This document shows positions 1-8,709 of a stretch of 43,285 nucleotides of DNA, piece after piece. How positions within the stretch are numbered: the first letter of the stretch is position 1; each line of letters opens with the position of its first letter. Source of the stretch: Anaerolineae bacterium (GTDB lineage: Bacteria; Chloroflexota; Anaerolineae; UBA4142). The translations under genes were made by a program, and so were the position numbers. The stretch covers positions 1 through 43,285 of the forward strand of contig DAIDTM010000108.1 of NCBI GenBank assembly GCA_027457205.1, read 5' to 3'. Under the pieces are notes generated by a model that worked only from the letters and a program-made list of their open reading frames with translations, had not been told where the DNA came from and did no database searches.

Positions 1-186
1 GTCCACCTCGCCATCGTTCACCCAAGCGCGCGGCGCGACGATCTGCATCAAGTGCTGGACGATGTGAAAGGCGACCTGCGCGTGCATTTCGTCACCGGTC
101 CGAGCCGCACCGCCGACATCGAAAAGACGCTGACGATTGGTGTGCACGGTCCGAAGGCGCTGTACGTGTGGGTGTGGTTGGGATAA
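1..186 (+). CDS. C-terminal fragment of a LUD-domain (LutC/YkgG-like) protein, truncated by the window edge
   Basis: Frame +1 is open from nt 1 to TAA at 184-186. The translation ends ...FVTGPSRTADIEKTLTIGVHGPKALYVWVWLG, which resembles the conserved GPSRT.DIE C-terminal motif I recall for LUD-domain proteins. Not searched. Confidence 0.45.
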   Translation, partial: VHLAIVHPSARRDDLHQVLDDVKGDLRVHFVTGPSRTADIEKTLTIGVHGPKALYVWVWLG

Positions 187-245
187 AAGCACAACAAAGA
201 ATTGAGGATGAAGCGAATTGAGATTCGTTGTTGTAACATTTGCAC

Positions 246-274
246 TTGCGTAACCTGCCAAAAAAGGATAGAAT
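246..274 (+). promoter_or_regulatory. Putative sigma70-type promoter for the zinc-ribbon/korAB operon
   Basis: TTGCGT (246-251), 17-nt spacer, TAGAAT (269-274), about 30 nt upstream of the ATG at 306. It is preceded by an imperfect hairpin at 191-234 that could terminate the upstream gene. Confidence 0.35.
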
Positions 275-305
275 AACAACACTCTAAATCGAAGAGGAAA
301 TAACC

Positions 306-548
306 ATGCCGTATTACGAATTCGTCTGCGAAGACTGCAACACCAAGTTCGAAATGAAGCGCTGCATCGCCGAGATCGACGACCCGGCGGCTTGTCCCCA
401 GTGCCACGGCAATCACGTCGCGCGGCAGGTGTCGCGGGTGATGGCGTTCAGCCACGGCGACGGCGGCAGCGTCAGCGCGCTGGGCGACACCGGCGGCTGC
501 GCGTCTTGCGGCGGTGGTTCGTGCGCCAGCTGCAGCTCTCATAATTGA
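306..548 (+). CDS. FmdB-family putative regulatory zinc-ribbon protein
   Basis: 80 aa. It begins MPYYEFVCEDC...CPQC (paired CxxC motifs typical of the CxxC_CxxC_SSSS family) and has a Gly/Cys/Ser-rich tail. AGAGGAAA lies upstream of the ATG. Confidence 0.8.
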   Translation: MPYYEFVCEDCNTKFEMKRCIAEIDDPAACPQCHGNHVARQVSRVMAFSHGDGGSVSALGDTGGCASCGGGSCASCSSHN

Positions 549-576
549 TTCTGTTTTTACTTTCGAGGGAGGGTAA

Positions 577-2412
577 ATGCCTGGTAATGATCTCACCGTC
601 CGCGTCGGCGGCGATTCCGCGACGGGCGGTATCGTAACGACCGGCGAAGTGTTCGCGCGCATTGCTGCATACGCCGGTTTAGAAGTCTACACCACCCGCA
701 CCATTCCGGCGGAAATCAAGGGCGGGCACGTAATGTTTCAGGCGCGCATCGCGCCGGAAATGGTCTGGTCGCAGGGCGATGATCTGGATATGCTCATCGC
801 GTTCGATCAGGAATCGATCGATCGATACTCGCCGCTGATTCGCCAAGACGGCATTCTAATTTTCAATTCGAACGATAGCAAGCCGCCGGCGCCCAACGGC
901 ATCAAGCAATACCCCCTGCCGCTGAACGATTTGGCGAAATCTATCAATTTTCAGCGTGGGCGCAACATCATCACCATCGGCGCGATGGTCAAATTGTTCG
1001 ACTTGCCTTTCGAAACCGCGACGCTCGTGGTCGAAAAACAACTGGGGCGCAAGAAAGAGATGCTGGAGCAGAACCTGCTCGCGCTCAAGACCGGCTACGA
1101 ATACATCGAGCAGAATGTGACCAAGACCGCGCCGTACCACCTCTCGCCGCGCGCGGGCGCGGAGCACGAGGAACGCCTCGTCCTCAGCGGCAATCAGGCG
1201 TTGTCGATCGGCGCGATTGCCGCGGGCTGCCGGTTCTATGCCGGCTATCCGATCACGCCGGCGTCCGACATTATGGAATTTCTCGCCGCGGAATTTCCCA
1301 AGATCGGCGGGACGATGATCCAAGCGGAAGACGAGATCGCCGCGATCGCGATGACGCTAGGCGCATCGTTCACCGGCTTGCGCGCGATGACCGCGACGTC
1401 CGGTCCCGGCTTGTCGCTGATGGTTGAGCTGATGGGGCACGCGACGATGGCGGAAATTCCAGTCGTCATCGTGGACGTGCAGCGCGCCGGACCATCGACC
1501 GGGATGCCGACGAAAGTATCGCAAGGCGATTTGCGTATCTCCGTCTTTGGCGCGCACGACGACGCGCCGCGTATCGTGGTCGCGCCGGTCTCGGTCGAAG
1601 ATAATTTCTACCAGATCATCAACGCGTTCAACCTCGCGGAAAAATACCAAACGCCGGTGATCTATCTGAGCGATCAAGACATGTCGGTGCGTGTGCAGAC
1701 GATTCCGCCGTTCGATCTCAATCGCGTTAAACTCGTGCCGCGCCTCTTGTGGGATCAAAAACAGAATGGCGACGGCAAGTTCGAACGCTTCGCGGATACG
1801 CCCAACAGTATCTCGCCGATGTCGCTGCCGGGGATGAAAGACGGACAGTACGTCGCGGAAGGGTTGGAACATCTGCCCAGCGGCGAACCGGACTATACGC
1901 CGGAAATGCACAGCGCAAATATGTTCAAGCGCGGCAAGAAGGTGCGCGAAGCCGCGGCAGACGCTGAGGCGTGGGGAATGCTGGAGCGCTTTGGCGACCA
2001 GAACGCGCCGGTCGCGATCCTCGGCTGGGGGTCGACAATCGGACCGGTCCGTGAAGCCGTCGAGCGCGCGGAAGCCGAAGGAATGCCGGTCGCGGTGCTG
2101 TACACCAAGATGATCTACCCGCTGCCGCGTAAAGAGATCGCCGCATTTATCGAGCCGCGTAAAGAGATCATCGTGCCGGAGATGAACTACACCGGTCAGT
2201 TCGCGCGAATGATCCAAGCGGAATTCTGGCGCGAGGTCATCAGTGTCCGCAAGTACGGCGGCGTTCCGTTCGCCACGCACGAGATTTACGCCGAGATTAA
2301 AAAGGCATACGCGAAGCTCAAGCCGGCGAAGAAAGCCGCCGCGCCCCGACGCGTGGCGAAAAGCACAAAGAAGAAACCAGCGCCGAAGAAATCAGCGGCG
2401 CGGAGGAAATAG
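577..2412 (+). CDS. korA: 2-oxoacid:ferredoxin oxidoreductase, fused gamma/alpha subunit (KorA-type), with an unusual Lys/Ala/Pro-rich C-terminal tail
   Basis: 611 aa. Strong SD (GAGGGAGGG) before the ATG at 577. The N-terminal gamma-like region is followed by the pyruvate-flavodoxin/ferredoxin oxidoreductase core (GYPITPASDI, TATSGPGLSLM). It is directly followed by the beta subunit gene. Confidence 0.9.
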   Translation: MPGNDLTVRVGGDSATGGIVTTGEVFARIAAYAGLEVYTTRTIPAEIKGGHVMFQARIAPEMVWSQGDDLDMLIAFDQESIDRYSPLIRQDGILIFNSNDSKPPAPNGIKQYPLPLNDLAKSINFQRGRNIITIGAMVKLFDLPFETATLVVEKQLGRKKEMLEQNLLALKTGYEYIEQNVTKTAPYHLSPRAGAEHEERLVLSGNQALSIGAIAAGCRFYAGYPITPASDIMEFLAAEFPKIGGTMIQAEDEIAAIAMTLGASFTGLRAMTATSGPGLSLMVELMGHATMAEIPVVIVDVQRAGPSTGMPTKVSQGDLRISVFGAHDDAPRIVVAPVSVEDNFYQIINAFNLAEKYQTPVIYLSDQDMSVRVQTIPPFDLNRVKLVPRLLWDQKQNGDGKFERFADTPNSISPMSLPGMKDGQYVAEGLEHLPSGEPDYTPEMHSANMFKRGKKVREAAADAEAWGMLERFGDQNAPVAILGWGSTIGPVREAVERAEAEGMPVAVLYTKMIYPLPRKEIAAFIEPRKEIIVPEMNYTGQFARMIQAEFWREVISVRKYGGVPFATHEIYAEIKKAYAKLKPAKKAAAPRRVAKSTKKKPAPKKSAARRK

Positions 2413-2415
2413 AAT

Positions 2416-3297
2416 ATGATTTCGACGATCGATCCCCGCATAATGACATTCGAGCAAGCCAACTTAGCGCCGAACGATTACAAGAGCGAAGTGCATCCGA
2501 TCTGGTGCCCCGGTTGTGGCGACTTTGGCGTGCTCTCCAGTTTCTATAAAGCCGTTTCGGAAATGCACATCCCAACCGAGCGACTGGTCGTCGCCTCCGG
2601 CATCGGCTGCTCCGGGCGATTCCCGGCGTTCGTGCACGCGTACGGTTTTCACGGTACGCACGGACGCGTACTACCGCTCGCGACCGGCATCAAGATGGCG
2701 AATCCGGAACTCGTCGTCGTTGCCGCCGGCGGCGACGGCGACGCGTTCAGCATCGGGATGGGACACTTGCCGCACGCGATTCGCCGCAATGTCGACATCA
2801 CGTACATCGTCATGGACAATGAGATTTACGGATTGACGAAAGGACAAGCGTCGCCGACCAGCCCGGTGGGAATGGAGCGCAAGGCATCGCCATACGGCAC
2901 GGTCGAGACGCCGCTGAATCCGCTGCTGCTTGCGCTCGCCCGCGGCGCGACCTGGGTAGGGCGCGGCTTTTCGAGCAAGCCAAAAGAATTGGTCGAGCTG
3001 ATCAAGCAGGCGATGCAGCACAAGGGCTTTTCGTTCCTGCAGGTCTATTCGCCGTGCGTCACGTTCTACGATACGTACGATCATTTCAAACAAGTGACTC
3101 AGCCGCTGCCGGCGGATCACAACTCGCGCGACAAGATGAGCGCGATGAAGTACGCGATGAGTGACGAAACGCTTTACCTCGGCGTGTACTATCAAGAAGA
3201 GCGACCGACGTTCGACGAAGGATACGCCGCCAAGCGCGCCAAGGCGCACGCGGAGAATTACGGCGTGCCGCAAATCCTAAGCCGGTTCACGCGATGA
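2416..3297 (+). CDS. korB: 2-oxoacid:ferredoxin oxidoreductase beta subunit (TPP-binding, KorB-type)
   Basis: 293 aa. Contains WCPGCGDFG and the GGDGD...DN.IYGLTKGQ TPP-binding signature. The start is 3 nt after the korA stop. Confidence 0.9.
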   Translation: MISTIDPRIMTFEQANLAPNDYKSEVHPIWCPGCGDFGVLSSFYKAVSEMHIPTERLVVASGIGCSGRFPAFVHAYGFHGTHGRVLPLATGIKMANPELVVVAAGGDGDAFSIGMGHLPHAIRRNVDITYIVMDNEIYGLTKGQASPTSPVGMERKASPYGTVETPLNPLLLALARGATWVGRGFSSKPKELVELIKQAMQHKGFSFLQVYSPCVTFYDTYDHFKQVTQPLPADHNSRDKMSAMKYAMSDETLYLGVYYQEERPTFDEGYAAKRAKAHAENYGVPQILSRFTR

Positions 3298-3307
3298 AAA
3301 ACGCGGC

Positions 3308-3382
3308 GTCATTGCGAGCGAAACAATTTCCGTGCTGATTTGGAGATTGCTTCGTCGCCGCTTCGCGGCTCCTCGCAATGAC
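3308..3382. repeat. REP/MITE-like intergenic palindromic element
   Basis: Perfect 11-bp terminal inverted repeat, GTCATTGCGAG (3308-3318) / CTCGCAATGAC (3372-3382), enclosing a second imperfect inverted pair (GCGAAACAATTTCC / GGAGATTGCTTCG). It gives the familiar spurious peptide ...VIARSREAATKQSP... on the minus strand. Confidence 0.5.
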
Positions 3383-3410
3383 ACTCGCACTTTCCTGAAA
3401 GCATCCGCCT

Positions 3411-4634
3411 TTGCAATCTCGATATCTGATTCTCTTGGCGATTGTTACGCTGCTGGCGCTGGGAACCGGCTGCTCCATCCTCGCGCCGGCGGCGACGCCG
3501 TTGCCAGTTTTTCCGACGGCGACCGCTCCGAGCGCCAGTCCCACCGCCGCAACAACAAACACGCTCGCGCCCGCGCCAACACCCGGCACGCCGACCGTGC
3601 CTCCACAGCCGCCTACGAGCGCGCCGGTCGCGCCGCCGTCCGCATCGAACGCGCAACCGCAGCGCATCAACTTTCCACCGGGCGGCACAGCGGCGACGCT
3701 GCAAGGTACGCTTGCGCCGAACGGCATCGCTCACTATGTCTTGCGCGCGCTGGCTGGGCAAACGATGACGGTGAACTTTGCCGCGTCCGCTGCGCCGGTG
3801 AATATGGCGATTCGCGGCGCGGACGGCACAGTCCTGGTTTCGAGCAGCGCGCTGGTGCCGTCCTGGAGCGGTCAACTGCCAGCGACACAGGACTATTACA
3901 TCGACGCGGTATCGTACGCGCCCGTCCCAGCGACATTCACGCTGCAAGTGGCGATCCTGCCGCTCGGCGCAACGCCAGTGATAGATCAACCGCGCCGCAT
4001 CACGTTTACGCCCGGCGCAACGAGCGTGACGATACAAGGCACGACCGCGACGCCGGGTGCGGATCGATTTGTGATCCGCGCGCTCGCCGGACAAACGATG
4101 GCGGCGAGCATTACCGCGCTGCAAGGTCCGGTGATTCTAATCATCTACGGCGCGGACGGCAACGTCCTAATCTCCGATCACGCCGGCACGAGCACCTGTA
4201 GCGGCGTGCTGCCGACAACCCAAGACTATTTCATCGATACGCGGTCGGTCGGCAACGCCGTTGTTCCGTTCACTTTGACGATCACGATCCCGCCGCTGGC
4301 GACGGTTCCGCCGGTGATACCCAAACACATCTTATTCCCGCCCGGCGGTACGTCGGTGACCGTGCAAGGCAGTCTGCCGGTGAATGGAATGGACCGCTGG
4401 ATGCTGCGCGCGCTCATCGGTCAAACGATGACGGTGAACACCGCGACAACGCAGGGGCAGGTGATCCTGATCATCTTCGGCGTGGAAGACGGCGACGTGC
4501 TGATCTCCGATCATGCCGGCGCGACGAGTTGGACCGGGCAGTTGCCGGCGACCGAGGATTATTACATCGATGTTCGATCCGTTGGGAACGTCGCGGCAAA
4601 CTATTCGCTACAAGTGACGATCCCGCCGCCATAA
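3411..4634 (+). CDS. Secreted/lipoprotein with a Pro/Thr/Ala-rich linker and three tandem ~100-aa repeat domains
   Basis: 407 aa with a TTG start. Signal peptide with a lipobox-like LALGTGC. Three repeats (nt 3663-3995, 3996-4325, 4326-4631) share R/HI.F.PGGTS.T.QG...RALAGQTM...G.DG.VLIS...W.G.LP.T.DY.ID...TL...IPP. Confidence 0.75.
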   Translation: MQSRYLILLAIVTLLALGTGCSILAPAATPLPVFPTATAPSASPTAATTNTLAPAPTPGTPTVPPQPPTSAPVAPPSASNAQPQRINFPPGGTAATLQGTLAPNGIAHYVLRALAGQTMTVNFAASAAPVNMAIRGADGTVLVSSSALVPSWSGQLPATQDYYIDAVSYAPVPATFTLQVAILPLGATPVIDQPRRITFTPGATSVTIQGTTATPGADRFVIRALAGQTMAASITALQGPVILIIYGADGNVLISDHAGTSTCSGVLPTTQDYFIDTRSVGNAVVPFTLTITIPPLATVPPVIPKHILFPPGGTSVTVQGSLPVNGMDRWMLRALIGQTMTVNTATTQGQVILIIFGVEDGDVLISDHAGATSWTGQLPATEDYYIDVRSVGNVAANYSLQVTIPPP

Positions 4635-4635
4635 T

Positions 4636-4705
4636 CTGACGGACGACGAAGGACGGAAGACGGATGCTATCGAGATTCCGTCAACGGTCATTCGTCCTCC
4701 GTCAG
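4636..4705. terminator. Long imperfect hairpin / REP-like element between the lipoprotein gene and lipA
   Basis: CTGACGGACGACGAAGGACGG... pairs with ...CCGTCAACGGTCATTCGTCCTCCGTCAG (8 perfect terminal bp, then interrupted pairing). It lies immediately after the TAA at 4632-4634. Confidence 0.4.
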
Positions 4706-4719
4706 TGTGAAAGATACAA

Positions 4720-5628
4720 ATGACTGAAAGCAATCTGATAACATCGGCGGTGACGCGTCCACGCCACCCGGACTGGATCCGCGTGCGCGCGCCGATTGGC
4801 GAAAAGTACGTGCACCTGAAAGGATTGGTGCGCGGGCTGCAACTGCACACCGTCTGCGAAGAAGCGCTGTGCCCGAACATCGGCGAGTGCTGGGGCGCGG
4901 GCACCGCGACGATTATGATCCTCGGAGATACGTGCACGCGCGCGTGCCGCTTTTGCGCGGTCAAGACCGGCAACCCGCGCGGCATCGTCGATACGGAAGA
5001 ACCGTACCGCGTCGCGGACGCAATCGCGGAATTGCAGTTGAACTATGTCGTCATCACGTCGGTGGACCGCGACGATTTGCCGGACGGCGGCGCGGGCATC
5101 TTCGCCGAGACGGTGCGGCAGATCAAGACGAAATCGCCGCGCACCAAAGTCGAAGTGCTCACCGGCGATTTTCGCGGCGACCGCGCGTGCGTGCAAACGG
5201 TCGTCGAAGCCAAGCCGGACGTGTTCGGACAGAACATCGAAACGGTGCGGCGGCTGACCCACGTCGTCCGCGACCGCCGCGCCGGGTACGAGCAGACGAT
5301 GAACGTGCTGCAGATGATCAAGGAGATCGATCCGACGCGGCGCACCAAATCGTCCATCCTGGTCGGCATCGGCGAGACGCCAGCGGAAGTGATCGAGACG
5401 ATGCGCGATCTACGCGCGGCGAACGTCGATCTCCTCGCCATCGGACAATATTTGCAGCCGACGCATCTCAAGCGGCACGTGCCGCTCGTCGAGTACGTGA
5501 CGCCGGAACAGTTCGCGCGCTACAAAGAAGAAGGCATGCAATTGGGCTTCCGCTACGTCGCAGCCGGACCGCTCGTCCGCAGCTCCTACAAGGCGTGGGA
5601 AGCGATGATGGTGTTAGCCGAAGCATAA
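4720..5628 (+). CDS. lipA: Lipoyl synthase
   Basis: 302 aa. Has both LipA cysteine clusters: [12 protein letters not shown] and the radical-SAM CTRACRFC. Also carries the C-terminal RSSY motif. Confidence 0.95.
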   Translation: MTESNLITSAVTRPRHPDWIRVRAPIGEKYVHLKGLVRGLQLHTVCEEALCPNIGECWGAGTATIMILGDTCTRACRFCAVKTGNPRGIVDTEEPYRVADAIAELQLNYVVITSVDRDDLPDGGAGIFAETVRQIKTKSPRTKVEVLTGDFRGDRACVQTVVEAKPDVFGQNIETVRRLTHVVRDRRAGYEQTMNVLQMIKEIDPTRRTKSSILVGIGETPAEVIETMRDLRAANVDLLAIGQYLQPTHLKRHVPLVEYVTPEQFARYKEEGMQLGFRYVAAGPLVRSSYKAWEAMMVLAEA

Positions 5629-5638
5629 GAGTTTCATC

Positions 5639-6205
5639 GTGGATTACAGCGCACTCACCGACGAAGAAATCATAGCGCGATTGAAGAACGGCGAAAGCTG
5701 GGCGATGTCGGTCTTGTACGACCGCTACGCCCGGCTTGTTTTTTCGCTCGCGCTCAAAATCCTGAATGATCGCGGCGCGGCTGAAGAGACGGTGCAGGAA
5801 GTGTTCGTCAAAGTGTGGAAACGTTGCCGCGAGTACGACGCCCGGCGCGGCAAGTTTTCGTCATGGCTCACTGGCATCGCGCACAATCACGCCATCGACG
5901 AGCTGCGCCGGCGGCGCGTGCGCCCATCCGCTTCGGAAGGCGATGACGACGCGATGGATACGGTGTTGGACGAGGGACCCGCGCCGCTCGATCTAGCGGT
6001 GCAGAGTCTGGAACGCCGCCGCATCGTCGACGCGTTGAGGGGAATTCCGCAAGAGCAGCGCCGCGCGATCGAGATGGCGTACTTTGAAGGTCTGACGCAG
6101 CAGGAAATCTCGGATCGGCTTGGACAGCCGCTCGGCACGATCAAGACGCGAATGCGCCTGGGGATGCAAAAACTCAAGACGCTGCTGGAAGAGCCGGCGA
6201 CCTAA
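5639..6205 (+). CDS. ECF-type RNA polymerase sigma-70 family factor
   Basis: 188 aa with a GTG start. Region 2 (AEETVQEVFVKVW...WLTGIAHNHAIDELRRR) and region 4 (MAYFEGLTQQEISDRLGQPLGTIKTRMRLG) are recognisable. Confidence 0.9.
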   Translation: MDYSALTDEEIIARLKNGESWAMSVLYDRYARLVFSLALKILNDRGAAEETVQEVFVKVWKRCREYDARRGKFSSWLTGIAHNHAIDELRRRRVRPSASEGDDDAMDTVLDEGPAPLDLAVQSLERRRIVDALRGIPQEQRRAIEMAYFEGLTQQEISDRLGQPLGTIKTRMRLGMQKLKTLLEEPAT

Positions 6206-6309
6206 AAGCCACTCGACGTGATCGCCCGGCGCTGTCTCGATAAAATCGATGTATTAAACAAATCTAAATGTACGCCTTCTTCGTAGAATAGTTGGAAGGT
6301 GTTCTAGAA

Positions 6310-7086
6310 ATGTCGATTTGTGATGAACTACAGGAATTGTATCCGGCGTATGTGCTGGATGGCGTAGAGGATGCCGACCGCGCGCGTATCGAACAGCATT
6401 TGCCGCACTGCGCGAATTGCACGCGCATCGTCGCGGATTATCGTCCGATCGTCGATCTGCTGCCGTTCGCGGCGACGCCGGTGGAACCGCCGGCGGACTT
6501 GAAATATCGCGTTCTCGCGGCGACGATGCCAAAGGCGCGTCCCGCGCCGGCGTCGTTTGCCGCGCGCGTTTCCACCGGCTTTTCGAATTTCTTCCGCGCG
6601 CCGGCGTTCTCAGCCGTAGCGTTGCTGCTTATCGTCGCCCTTGGCATTTGGAATCTTTCGCTGCAAAACCAGATCACGCAGCAGGCAGCGTCGAATCAGC
6701 AGATGCTGACGGAATTGATGCGGCAGCGCGATTTTCTGATGACGATGTCGTACGCGAGCGGTCAGCCGCGGCAGTTGCAACCAACCCAGGTTGCGTCGCG
6801 CGCGGTCGGACGGCTGTACGGCTCGCCAGACGAGACGACGCTGGCGTTGATCGCGCTCGACCTACCGACGCTGCCCGCTGGTAAAGTTTATCAAGTGTGG
6901 CTCATCGATGCGAACGGCGACCGCACCAGCGGCGGTACGTTCAAGGTGGATGACCAGGGGCGCGGCTGGCTGCTGATCCGCGCGCCCAAGCCGCTCGGCA
7001 GTTATCAAGGGGTGGGCATTACTGAGGAGCCGGAAGGCGGCAGCCCTGCGCCTACTGGCGCAAAGATGCTGGGCACCAATCTGTGA
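6310..7086 (+). CDS. Anti-sigma factor (zf-HC2 N-terminus, one TM helix, RskA-type C-terminal domain)
   Basis: The ORF is open from TTG 6292, but ATG 6310 (MSICDELQ...) is the more likely start. Contains the H..HL..C..C zinc motif (HLPHCANCTR) and a TM helix (FSAVALLLIVALGIW). The C-terminus (KVYQVWLIDANGDRTSGGTF...GITEEPEGG) is typical of anti-sigma-K RskA domains. Confidence 0.85.
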   Translation: MSICDELQELYPAYVLDGVEDADRARIEQHLPHCANCTRIVADYRPIVDLLPFAATPVEPPADLKYRVLAATMPKARPAPASFAARVSTGFSNFFRAPAFSAVALLLIVALGIWNLSLQNQITQQAASNQQMLTELMRQRDFLMTMSYASGQPRQLQPTQVASRAVGRLYGSPDETTLALIALDLPTLPAGKVYQVWLIDANGDRTSGGTFKVDDQGRGWLLIRAPKPLGSYQGVGITEEPEGGSPAPTGAKMLGTNL

Positions 7087-7123
7087 TTGGGCTAATGGCA
7101 GGCAAAAGACGTACGCGCCAATG

Positions 7124-7166
7124 AAAAATATTCGCGGGAGAAACTACCTCTCCCGCGAATATTTTT
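7124..7166. terminator. Bidirectional intrinsic terminator between the anti-sigma gene and the island operon
   Basis: Perfect 18-bp stem, AAAAATATTCGCGGGAGA (7124-7141) / TCTCCCGCGAATATTTTT (7149-7166), with a 7-nt loop. An A-run precedes it and a T-run follows, so either strand reads hairpin plus U-tract. It lies 2 nt from the stop at 7169-7171. Confidence 0.7.
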
Positions 7167-7168
7167 GG

Positions 7169-8698
7169 TTATTTACCCACGCCCATCAAGATGCTGGAAG
7201 TTGGCTGCTTTAAATCTATCCGTACCGACGGACTGGGCGCACTTTCATTTTTGGCTACGTCGCTGAGCACATTTCGAAATACACGTGAAACCGGATGAGC
7301 CGAGGCGAAATTGAATGGACGAGTCCTCACTTTCGAGTTATTTAGGTGCATCATGAAAGATTCAAGCCTTAAATAGTCAGATGCCCTCAGCCATGGATAC
7401 TTTTGCTGATTGTACTCGAGGAATGGCAGCAATTTGCCATTCAGGTCTTGCAAATCCCAGCGTTCCCCATCTGGTGCCCTGGGAGAAAAGAGATAGTCCT
7501 CGTGTTGGCGAAAGAGAATCGAACCCGGGACCGGCGTAAATAGCATCGGAATGACCGATCCGACCTTCTGCGATGCATAGAGTGCAGTGTTGATTGTTAC
7601 CTGCAAATCCTCATCAGGTAGCCCAAAAATCACAAACGCATTCAAGTCTTGGCTACCGACTGCCCAGCCTGCCTTTTTCGCCACCTCAACTGCTCGCTCG
7701 AATGCTTCAATCGTGGCTTGTTTGCGATTCCAACCCCGTGCAATTTCATTGTCAATGGTCTCAAGCGCGAGGTGCAACTTACGAAAACCCGTTGCGCGCA
7801 TCTCGTTGAGAAACTCTAGATCAACGAGGCGCGGCTCAATGCCTTCGGGTGCGTAAATAGAAATCTTCAAGCCGCGCTTGCGAATTTCCGCAAGTCGCTC
7901 GAGAAAATCATCGCGGTTGAAAAGAAGATTGTCTTCATAGAACGCGAACTCGCGGACGCCGTATTTTTTGTATTTTTCTTCGATCTCGTCCGCAATCTCC
8001 TGAGGCGAACGACTCCTAACTTTTGGATTCTCGTGGTTTAGTTTAAGTTGTGCACAGTAGGCACAGTTAAAACGGCAACCACGGCTTCCGGTAATCAGAG
8101 CGTAGCGAGGTTTCGTTTCATAAAGATCGTCATTGTAGTAAAGCGACAGATCCGTCCTTGCGTTAGCCGCGTCGTCACAGATTTCACCGTCGACGACGTT
8201 TATGTCAATTCCTGCCCGTTCGCCCAGATGTCTGTTTGCGTGCTCGGGGTCAAGTGTTGGATAGATACCACCTACTAATATACGAGGAGTGTTTTGCGGG
8301 TAGACCCTCTTGACGACATCGATGACGTCACGCGTGCTCTCCCACCAGTACGTCATTATGGACGTGATCCAAATCTCTCCTGGGACGAATGACGTTTCTC
8401 TGAGACGTATTTCCAACTCGTCCAGAGACATCCCGAATGTCCAAAGCTGTTTGGCAATGTCGTCTCGTTGGACGACATCTCTGTGGCGCTGCCGCACACG
8501 GCGCTTACTATCAGTGGCGAGGCAATCAATCAGTCGCAGTTGCTCGTATCCATTCTTTCTCAGCCACGTTGCGACCTTGAGTAAGCCGTGTGGCTGACTC
8601 CAATAAGCCCAGTACTGTGTGTCGTAAATGGGCGGATTGATCAAGATTGCGCTTTTGGCACCATTCAGAACTTGAGATGGATTGTCACGTATAATCAC
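7169..8698 (-). CDS. Radical SAM enzyme with an N-terminal B12-binding-like (class-B-type) domain; intact CX3CX2C
   Basis: 509 aa. GSRGCRFNCAYC gives C208-x3-C212-x2-C215 (nt 8054-8077). The N-terminal ~150 aa has the Rossmann-like layout of class B radical SAM proteins (AILINPP...QPHGLL...GY..L.LIDCL; ITSIMTYWW). GTG 8698 is preceded by AAGGA. Last gene of the island operon. Confidence 0.85.
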   Translation of the reverse strand: MIIRDNPSQVLNGAKSAILINPPIYDTQYWAYWSQPHGLLKVATWLRKNGYEQLRLIDCLATDSKRRVRQRHRDVVQRDDIAKQLWTFGMSLDELEIRLRETSFVPGEIWITSIMTYWWESTRDVIDVVKRVYPQNTPRILVGGIYPTLDPEHANRHLGERAGIDINVVDGEICDDAANARTDLSLYYNDDLYETKPRYALITGSRGCRFNCAYCAQLKLNHENPKVRSRSPQEIADEIEEKYKKYGVREFAFYEDNLLFNRDDFLERLAEIRKRGLKISIYAPEGIEPRLVDLEFLNEMRATGFRKLHLALETIDNEIARGWNRKQATIEAFERAVEVAKKAGWAVGSQDLNAFVIFGLPDEDLQVTINTALYASQKVGSVIPMLFTPVPGSILFRQHEDYLFSPRAPDGERWDLQDLNGKLLPFLEYNQQKYPWLRASDYLRLESFMMHLNNSKVRTRPFNFASAHPVSRVFRNVLSDVAKNESAPSPSVRIDLKQPTSSILMGVGK

Positions 8699-8709
8699 GG
8701 GATTATTCC

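Noticed and set aside
6206-6309. Possible ECF-sigma autoregulatory promoter in the AT-rich gap between the sigma and anti-sigma genes
   Set aside because: I could not place a GGAAC/GAAC-type -35 and a CGT-type -10 at the required 16-17 nt spacing. The AAAC...CGT combinations present have the wrong spacing.
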